From: Candidatus Bathyarchaeota archaeon
GTDB lineage: Archaea > Thermoproteota > Bathyarchaeia > Bathyarchaeales > Bathycorpusculaceae
Assembly (NCBI GenBank): GCA_963827165.1
Contig: CAWGZR010000005.1
Span: forward strand, 704,001 to 768,000
DNA length: 64,000 bases
Direction of reading: 5' to 3'
Part shown: positions 57,336 through 64,000 of the stretch, piece after piece
Layout: every line of letters starts with the position of its first letter
Position numbering within the stretch: the first letter of the stretch is position 1
Made by a program: the position numbers and the translations under genes
Notes under the pieces: model-generated
Seen by the model: the letters and a program-made list of their open reading frames with translations, nothing else
The model's database searches: none
What the model was told of the DNA's origin: nothing

Positions 57336-58361
57336 TCACACCAAAGAAGGAACTGAGTCTGGGTTAAGGGAATTACCTACAGCCTTTCGCAAAAGTGCAA
57401 GACATTGTTTAAGCGTCGGTCCTATTTCGCCTGTGCCGCTTACTCCTGCCGCCATGGCGTGTCCTCCACCAACTCCTTGAAGGAACTCACCTAGAGGCGC
57501 TGCAATATCCTTTCCTAAGTTTATACCTGTCCCCTCTGTGAACTGCCGGATACAACGAAGGCTTACTTCGATTTTTCCGTTCTTGAGTCCTGCAACTGCT
57601 GAGGCATGGGCGCCTATATCAACTAGAGACTTTGCTGCTGGAGCTTGGTAGGCACTGACATGGGAAACAGCGATTATCCAACCGTTGATCCTGACAATTT
57701 TAGCTCTTTTGCATGCCTTCAGTTTAGCTAAGCGTTCTGAAGTGTCGATTGGCAAGGCAAACTCCTGTAACGTTGCTTGCACATCAATACCCGTGCTGAC
57801 CAGCTTAGCGACGACTCCGAAGGTCGAGGCGCTCGCCAAAGAGAAATGCCTTGTGTCAAAAGCTATCCCTATAAACAGCGCTTTTGCCTCGTTGAAATTG
57901 GGCTTAACTTTTGCCTGCTTGAAGAGTCTATAAACAATTTCACAGTTGGCTGGGGCTTTCTGATCTATGATGCAGAGCTTGCAGATTTGGGTGGTTTCGG
58001 GGCTTGGGTAATGATGGTCAACGATTATTTTAGGGGCAGGTGACCTTCTTATGGTGTCCGCGACCTCGTCCAGTTGGTCAATCGTGTTTAGATCTAGAAA
58101 AACAATCACTTCTGCCGATTCAATGTTCGGTTTAAGATTGACTGTTATAGGCATGCGTTCCAGAAGAAGTTTAGCTGGCTTGTTGACGCCCTGGGGGCAG
58201 CCGACTTCAAACACCACATCGGGCATAAACCGTTTCAGTAAGCCCTGCAAAGCGTACGCTGAACAGATTGCGTCAGCGTCGGCGCCACGGTGACACAGCA
58301 AAAGGACAAAAGACGCATTGTTTTCCTTGAGAATTTGGAGAAAATCTTGGAATTCGTTCAT
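57336..58361 (-). CDS. DHH/DHHA1-family phosphoesterase
   Basis: 'H..ADADA', 'FLD', 'VDHH', 'GGGHAMAAG'. Confidence 0.88.
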   Translation of the reverse strand: MNEFQDFLQILKENNASFVLLLCHRGADADAICSAYALQGLLKRFMPDVVFEVGCPQGVNKPAKLLLERMPITVNLKPNIESAEVIVFLDLNTIDQLDEVADTIRRSPAPKIIVDHHYPSPETTQICKLCIIDQKAPANCEIVYRLFKQAKVKPNFNEAKALFIGIAFDTRHFSLASASTFGVVAKLVSTGIDVQATLQEFALPIDTSERLAKLKACKRAKIVRINGWIIAVSHVSAYQAPAAKSLVDIGAHASAVAGLKNGKIEVSLRCIRQFTEGTGINLGKDIAAPLGEFLQGVGGGHAMAAGVSGTGEIGPTLKQCLALLRKAVGNSLNPDSVPSLV

Positions 58362-58648
58362 TTTAGCTTTCTCAGATAGGTTTCGACGGCTTGATGTGCC
58401 GCCCCTGTTGCTTCATTAACCAGCGCCTGCGCGTCAACATCTTTGGCTTCGGGCGTTAATTGAAGGTCTATTTCTACGGAGACTTTGAGTGGTTTTGCCC
58501 CTTCAGCTTCCACGCTGATGTCCAAGAGATCAACCATTCTAGAAGAAACTTTTGACAGAACATATCTTCTGGCTTCCTCTTCAGCTGCCGCGCATAAAAT
58601 TTCTATTTGCTCGGTGGATAACTCTGGTATCCCGAGCTCACCCAACAA
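58358..58648 (-). CDS. DUF3194-family protein
   Basis: About 96 aa acidic protein 'LSTEQIEILC.AAEE.AR.Y..SKV....DLDI', in its usual archaeal position next to prefoldin beta. Confidence 0.65.
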   Translation of the reverse strand: MLGELGIPELSTEQIEILCAAAEEEARRYVLSKVSSRMVDLLDISVEAEGAKPLKVSVEIDLQLTPEAKDVDAQALVNEATGAAHQAVETYLRKLK

Positions 58649-58656
58649 TCATTCAC

Positions 58657-59031
58657 CTAAGAAGTAGGTGGTTGATTGACAGGGCTTAGGTCTTCTTGGA
58701 GTTTCGTCTGCGACTCTTTTATTTGGCTGCGCATCCGCTCTTCTTGTCTTCCCAGAACCGTGCTTCTTGTTTCCAAAAGTTCTTTGCGTTCAACAAGTTC
58801 CTCAGTTACTTTCGGTTTCTCTGCTTTCACAAGCAGTGAACCAACTGCCTTGTAAATCACCGCGGCGTCAGCCGTTTTCTGAAGTTCGGCAATGGTCTGT
58901 TCAACCTCTGATTTTTCCATTTCAACCTGCTGTTTCTGCTGAAGAATTGACTGAAGCGTTTGCTGTAATTGCTGCAGTCTAAGAAGCCTTTCTTGAACGT
59001 TAGCCGGTAACCTTGAAATATCATCACTCAA
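58657..59031 (-). CDS. pfdB: Prefoldin subunit beta
   Basis: 'LP.NVQ..L..LQQLQQ.LQ....QK', 'YKAVGSLLVK', coiled coils. Confidence 0.93.
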   Translation of the reverse strand: MSDDISRLPANVQERLLRLQQLQQTLQSILQQKQQVEMEKSEVEQTIAELQKTADAAVIYKAVGSLLVKAEKPKVTEELVERKELLETRSTVLGRQEERMRSQIKESQTKLQEDLSPVNQPPTS

Positions 59032-59110
59032 ATTTTATCCTTCCGTACCCAGCAATACGAGACGCTATTAATTAAGTATTTCCAACAAGCGAAACGCTGC
59101 CGAAAACCCG

Positions 59111-60424
59111 TTAAATCCCCGTTTGGTTCCAATAGTAGATGTGCTGATAACCCATATTCGATACTGGGTACTGCGGGTCAGCGTAAACTATGTCAAGGCT
59201 TACCCTGTACTGTGACAGAAGAGTGCTTGTGGCGACGGCTATCTGCATGGTTTTGTCGTCTGTGAGCCAGAATCCCCAGATTGTATCATTTGGGTTACGC
59301 ATGCCCCAACCATAATTTTGAGGCAAAACCAGCACTGCGTCTGGCTGACTTAAATCGGGGAACTGTTTTTGGTGTATGTCGTTCCAAAAGCTTTGCATGG
59401 CGATTAACTGGGTGTTTGTCAATGCGCCGTATAAGCTTCCGTTGTTATATGGGTAGTTGAAAACGGCGATGTATTTTGCTCCTGCTTCATAGGACGTTAG
59501 CATTTGGTCGTAGATTTCGGGTCCGCTGTCAAGATAGTAAGGTTCATCATTGTATTTCCAAGTGATCATTGCGCCCCAATCTTTTCCCTGTAATCTTGCG
59601 GCTCCCTTAACAAGCGCGATTTGCTCAGCGACGCTGCAGTTCCAACCTAACTCAGCAAACATTACGTTGTATCCGCCTAAGTAATCATACCAATAAAGCC
59701 CGTAGTCAGAAGTGAAGGTTGTTATATCCGCTGCTTTCAAAGTGCTAAGGCCGCTGTCTCCTTGAAGGATGTCTTGGACAAAAAAGTTGGCTTCCAAATT
59801 GTAGTTTGGCGGATCGGTTCCGTTTCCCATGTACCCAAGCATTTTCTGGTAAATTTTGTCGAGGTCCATGGTTGCATTTAAGTAATCCTGACTAAAGTTA
59901 GCTGCCCTCGAAAAGTTGGTGTTCAAGAAATACCTTTGAAAAAGCGTAAAATATGCAGACCAGTTCCCATCCAGCTGTATTCCGCCTGGTTCATCGTTGT
60001 AGTACATTCCCAGGAATTTGTTGCCCCATTTTGCTTTCCATTGCTCAGTGACGCTTAACGAGTTGTTCCAAAACCAGTAGCGACTGGCATCCAGGTGCGC
60101 CTGAACGCCAACGTTTACTATCACGCTTAATCCGTTGGCGACTGCGTAATCGCAGATTTCATTCACTGCCGTTTCGTTTTGAGTGAGTGCGTTTCTTCCC
60201 GCGTCTAAAATGAAGAGATTTGTGTAGCCTTTTACTTTGTCGATTAGGACTTTGGCTTCTTGCGTGGTGTTTCCACCGAAAGCTACCCCCACGTAAACGT
60301 TGTTCGGGTTGGCCTTAGGCTGGCTTCCAACGTTGTAAGAAGTGTATGCGCCCACTGAGACCGCAAGTAACGCTATGAGGAAGGCAGGAATCAAATATTT
60401 CTTGGATCCTTTATGGCTACTCAT
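59111..60424 (-). CDS. Membrane-anchored secreted hypothetical protein, possible glycoside hydrolase-like barrel
   Basis: N-terminal basic + hydrophobic anchor; 'GMYYNDEPGG'; aromatic-rich; many sequons. Confidence 0.7.
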   Translation of the reverse strand: MSSHKGSKKYLIPAFLIALLAVSVGAYTSYNVGSQPKANPNNVYVGVAFGGNTTQEAKVLIDKVKGYTNLFILDAGRNALTQNETAVNEICDYAVANGLSVIVNVGVQAHLDASRYWFWNNSLSVTEQWKAKWGNKFLGMYYNDEPGGIQLDGNWSAYFTLFQRYFLNTNFSRAANFSQDYLNATMDLDKIYQKMLGYMGNGTDPPNYNLEANFFVQDILQGDSGLSTLKAADITTFTSDYGLYWYDYLGGYNVMFAELGWNCSVAEQIALVKGAARLQGKDWGAMITWKYNDEPYYLDSGPEIYDQMLTSYEAGAKYIAVFNYPYNNGSLYGALTNTQLIAMQSFWNDIHQKQFPDLSQPDAVLVLPQNYGWGMRNPNDTIWGFWLTDDKTMQIAVATSTLLSQYRVSLDIVYADPQYPVSNMGYQHIYYWNQTGI

Positions 60425-60605
60425 AGACGAACCTGCAGGAAACTGTTAACTTACCCCATCCTTAATGTCTTGCTGTAGAAACCCATCCCGGCTGATTTAT
60501 CAGAGGCGACCAGTTTTTGCTTTTACCAAGCAAACTCATCAAAGGTTCTTGTGAAGTTTTTAAAGGAGTCCAGTCATTCAACACTGGAAAGGAAGCGAAA
60601 ACAAA

Positions 60606-60977
60606 ATGGAACGAGCCAACGTTACAAAGGAAGAGATTCAACAGCAAGATACTCGTTTCCTAGCGGTTTATGTTGAATCAAAGAACTCATGCATGGTTAT
60701 GCTAAGCGAAAAGGAAGACAAGCTTGGGACCATGGCGATAGCTGTTCCCAAACCCAAAGAAGGCGTAGGAGCCGTCACGTCCTCAGTGCTTTTGGGCGAC
60801 AAAAACATTATTTCAGCACGGATGTTCGCCGAATACGTTGCCACCAAAAAAGGAAAAATCGCGCTTGTTTCAGTTTACCTAGAGAAGGTAAGTGAAATTC
60901 AAGCTCAGGGCTTCTTCAATAAGCTCATTGACAAACTAATTAAAGGGGACAGCCAAAAGGAGCCGACAGCAATCTAA
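60606..60977 (+). CDS. Hypothetical protein, possible proteasome assembly chaperone (PAC4-like)
   Basis: 'LGTMAIAVP....SSVLLG.....ARMFAEY..K.GK.ALVS' resembles the PAC4 pattern (from memory). Confidence 0.5.
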   Translation: MERANVTKEEIQQQDTRFLAVYVESKNSCMVMLSEKEDKLGTMAIAVPKPKEGVGAVTSSVLLGDKNIISARMFAEYVATKKGKIALVSVYLEKVSEIQAQGFFNKLIDKLIKGDSQKEPTAI

Positions 60978-61019
60978 GAACAAGCTGCTCGTGCAGGCTG
61001 CTGTGAACGGTGAAATCCA

Positions 61020-61514
61020 ATGATTTGCCAGTTGACAACCGAGGATATTCAAGCGATTCTAAATGTTGTTAACAGCGCCGCAATCACCTATGAAGGCAAA
61101 ATCCCTAGCGACATGTGGAATCAACCTTACATGCTAGCGACGGAACTTGAAAAAGAAATTCAGAGCGGCGTTCAATTTTACGGCTGCAAAGAAAACGGCG
61201 TTTTAACGGTGGTTATGGGAATCCAACCGGTGAAGGGTGTCACCCTTATCAGGCATGCTTACGTTTTGCCTTCATGGCAGCGGAAAGGGCTTGGGCAAAA
61301 ACTGCTGAAACACCTGCTGAGTTTAGCTATTACACCTCTGGTTTATGTTGGTACATGGGAAGCAGCAATCTGGGCAGTGAAGTTTTACGAGAAAAACGGG
61401 TTTCAACTTGTGCCAGAGTCGGAAAAGAACAGGCTTTTGAGGAAGTATTGGGATATTTCGGAGCGACAGGTTGAAACATCAGTGGTACTCAAAATGGAAA
61501 GGCACCCCCAATGA
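61020..61514 (+). CDS. GNAT-family N-acetyltransferase
   Basis: Acetyl-CoA motif 'YVLPSWQRKGLG', 'AVKFYEKNGF'. Confidence 0.88.
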   Translation: MICQLTTEDIQAILNVVNSAAITYEGKIPSDMWNQPYMLATELEKEIQSGVQFYGCKENGVLTVVMGIQPVKGVTLIRHAYVLPSWQRKGLGQKLLKHLLSLAITPLVYVGTWEAAIWAVKFYEKNGFQLVPESEKNRLLRKYWDISERQVETSVVLKMERHPQ

Positions 61515-62572
61515 AAGAAACCCTGCTGCTCAAAGTTGATTCTGAAAAACCCGATACATCCAAAATCGAGGTTGCTGCGCAGTTCATCCGCAAAGGCGGT
61601 CTCGTGGCTTTCCCCACCGAAACAGTTTACGGCTTAGGTGCCGACGCGCTTAACGCTGACGCTGTCTTAGCTCTCTTTGAAGCTAAAAAACGTCCTTTAG
61701 ATAACCCACCAATCGTCCACATCGCCGATCCGCGCGAAGTTTGCCGGTTGGTTGAAGAGGTGCCTAAGAAAGCAGATTTGTTGATGACGCATTTTTGGCC
61801 TGGCCCGTTGACGCTGGTTTTTCGGCGTTCAAGCATCGTGCCAGACGTGACAGTTGCCAATTTAGACACGGTTGCGGTTCGAATGCCCAAACATCAAGTG
61901 GCTTTAGCTTTGATTAGGCAAAGCGGCTGCCCTATTGCTGCTCCAAGCGCGAACTTGGCAGGGAAACCCAGCCCGACAAATGCCCAGCATGTTTTCGAGG
62001 ATTTAAACGGACGAATTGACGCTATTTTAGACGGTGGTCCCACAAACATCGGGGTCGAATCAACAGTTGTCGATGTAAGCGTTGATCCGCCGATGGTTCT
62101 TCGTCCAGGCGGAACCCCCTTTGAAGCGCTGAAACAGGTTTTAGGCGATATGAGGCTTCATCCCTTCGTTTTGGCTGAGGCTGAGTTGCCGCTGGAAAAG
62201 ATGCGTTCCCCCGGAATGAGGCATAAGCATTACGCACCGAAAGCGGACGTGCTTCTCGTTGAGGGAGACGTTTCAGCCGTTGTAGCAAAAGTTAAAGAGC
62301 TAACTGAATTTTACGTGCGAAATGGTGTAAAAGTGGGCGTATTAGCCACCGACGAAACCCAAAATAACTATAGAGCCGACGTCGTTAAATCGCTGGGAAG
62401 CCGCTTCAATTTGGAGCTTGTTGCTCAACGCCTTTTTAGTTTGCTAAGAGAGGTCGACGCCCAAGGGGTCAGTGTAATAATCGCTGAGGGTGTTTCTTCT
62501 GAGGGGCTTGGGTTAGCCGTCATGAACAGGCTGCGCAAAGCATCGGGCTACCACATCGTCAAAGCCAACTGA
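61511..62572 (+). CDS. sua5: Threonylcarbamoyl-AMP synthase Sua5 (YrdC + SUA5 domain)
   Basis: 'AFPTETVYGLGADA', 'K.RP.DNP.IVH', 'WPGPLT', 'APSANLAGKPSPT', 'SPGM...HYAP', 'NRLRKAS'. Confidence 0.95.
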   Translation: MKETLLLKVDSEKPDTSKIEVAAQFIRKGGLVAFPTETVYGLGADALNADAVLALFEAKKRPLDNPPIVHIADPREVCRLVEEVPKKADLLMTHFWPGPLTLVFRRSSIVPDVTVANLDTVAVRMPKHQVALALIRQSGCPIAAPSANLAGKPSPTNAQHVFEDLNGRIDAILDGGPTNIGVESTVVDVSVDPPMVLRPGGTPFEALKQVLGDMRLHPFVLAEAELPLEKMRSPGMRHKHYAPKADVLLVEGDVSAVVAKVKELTEFYVRNGVKVGVLATDETQNNYRADVVKSLGSRFNLELVAQRLFSLLREVDAQGVSVIIAEGVSSEGLGLAVMNRLRKASGYHIVKAN

Positions 62573-63286
62573 GCTCACCTGCGAATCAACGCAAGAAGAT
62601 CATCTATAGCCATAGTTGCTACATATACCACACTGTCAGCGGGCCGTATTAGATCAAGAGCCTGCTGTCAATGATTACATTGCCGCAGCTGAAAACAACG
62701 TTGGGCACTTTGCCGAAACGTCCTAGTCTCTTTTAGGACCCAAATATGCTCTTTTGAACGATGCAAAATCTGTTCGGAAAGCTCCCAGACTTGGTTTTAC
62801 GCTGGTGACCTTATGCCTCCAAGAGACATTGAAAGCGACAAGAGGAAAAGACAATAGATTAAACAATTCTTGATATTGGCCTTGCTGAGTCTAAAAGGAC
62901 ATGAGGAAAAAAATACAAGTGTTAAGTTCAATTTGACCTATTCTGAAATAAGCGATTAGAAATGGACGAAATTATTATCTTCACGGCTTCTTTTTTCTTC
63001 ATACCAAATGAGTAGATAGTAGATTATACCATATGCTATTAAAGCAGAAACACCACTAAGAACACAAAACCCAAACTTACTACATTTATTGTATCATACA
63101 AATAAAAAACTAATACGAAAATATAGGCAAGAAAAACAATAGCCAGTACTGTTCTTGCCCTCGATGTGCTGTAAGGTTGTTTTTCTTTTGCTGTTTTCAT
63201 CTAATTGCCGTTGTTGCTCTTAGTATATAAAATTAAAGCTTTATGGAAAAACAGACCTAAAATAAGATTAAGAAAGAGATATGGGT

Positions 63287-63503
63287 TTATTGTTGGCTCT
63301 TAGCCCTTTCAGCTACTTCTTTATCCATTCAGTTTTTAGCATTTTTATATGCTCTTTTAAATGCTTTATCGTCTCTCTGAAGTCTTTCATACTTTTCTTT
63401 GGTTGGGTCTGATTCTTTAACTATTTCCATGACTTCTTCATTTTTGCGTTATAGAAGTTTTCTTACGCTTTCAAAGCTAAGTAGCCATGCCTTATCACTC
63501 GGT
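63287..63503 (-). pseudogene. Possible degraded ORF in an AT-rich spacer
   Basis: One frame reads PSDKAWLLSFESVRKLL*RKNEEVMEIVKESDPTKEKYERLQRDDKAFKRAYKNAKN*MDKEVAERAKSQQ*. Confidence 0.3.
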
Positions 63504-63657
63504 CAATCGGCTCACTGTATGTCGCTTCTCAACAAACTTAAATTAAAGAATTGTGGGTTTGCATGGTTTCCAATATCTGACTCTCCCAAAAAATTTATAT
63601 TTAAATATCTGATTGTTGAATTCCGTTTATATTAAAACAATAAAAATTGGTGAAAAT

Positions 63658-64000
63658 ATGTCTCAAGGTGGAACAGTTCCAATTCTAGTACTTAAAGAAG
63701 GAACAGGCCGAACAACAGGCCGCGAAGCACAGAAAAATAACATCATGGCTGCAAAAATAGTGGCTGAAGCAGTGAAAAGCACGCTTGGTCCCTGCGGCAT
63801 GGATAAAATGCTTGTTAACAGCATGGGCGATGTCGCCATAACAAATGACGGGGCAACGATAATGAAAGAGCTCGATATTCAGCATCCAGCAGCAAAAATG
63901 CTCGTTGAAGTTGCTAAAGCTCAAGACAACGAAGTAGGCGACGGCACAACAACCGCGGTGATTTTAGCAGGAGAGTTGCTTTCAAAAGCTGAAGGCTTGC
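63658..64000 (+). CDS. ths: Thermosome (group II chaperonin) subunit, 5' part; runs off the window and is absent from the ORF track
   Basis: [16 protein letters not shown]...[25 protein letters not shown]...[39 protein letters not shown]; GGTGA RBS. Confidence 0.96.
   Translation, partial: MSQGGTVPILVLKEGTGRTTGREAQKNNIMAAKIVAEAVKSTLGPCGMDKMLVNSMGDVAITNDGATIMKELDIQHPAAKMLVEVAKAQDNEVGDGTTTAVILAGELLSKAEGL

Noticed and set aside
1-64000. Numerous 60-180 aa ORFs antisense to or overlapping the called genes; tRNA, rRNA and IS elements
   Set aside because: The shadow ORFs have no motifs and lie within well-supported genes; no cloverleaf, rRNA, transposase or integrase signature was recognised

Overview
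Archaeal chromosomal segment. Thermosome, prefoldin beta, DUF3194, Sua5, archaeal CobT/CobY and a tetraether synthase identify it as archaeal. Abundant anchored PQQ-type beta-propeller proteins and frequent TTG/GTG starts suggest Bathyarchaeia (inference). About 3.8-53.8 kb is an island with 12 radical SAM enzymes: 8 cobalamin-binding (class B), 2 SPASM, 1 HemN-like and 1 Tes/GDGT-MAS tetraether synthase. They are interleaved with 4 DUF71/Dph6-family ATP pyrophosphatases, a split cobamide nucleotide-loop pathway (cbiB, cobD, cobT, 2x cobY, 2x cobS, one cobS degenerate), a UbiA/DGGGP-synthase-like prenyltransferase, 5 glycosyltransferases, an NDP-sugar epimerase and 3 large surface beta-propeller proteins. 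Best hypothesis: an undescribed cobalamin-dependent membrane (tetraether/glyco)lipid tailoring system with its own B12 supply. The left end has an orphan RnfD-ferredoxin fusion and a 10-bp-phased repeat array. The right end is housekeeping (nfo, ECF module, DHH, pfdB, sua5, thermosome 5' end). No rRNA, tRNA, CRISPR array or transposase was recognised. All functional calls come from motif reading by eye; no searches were run.
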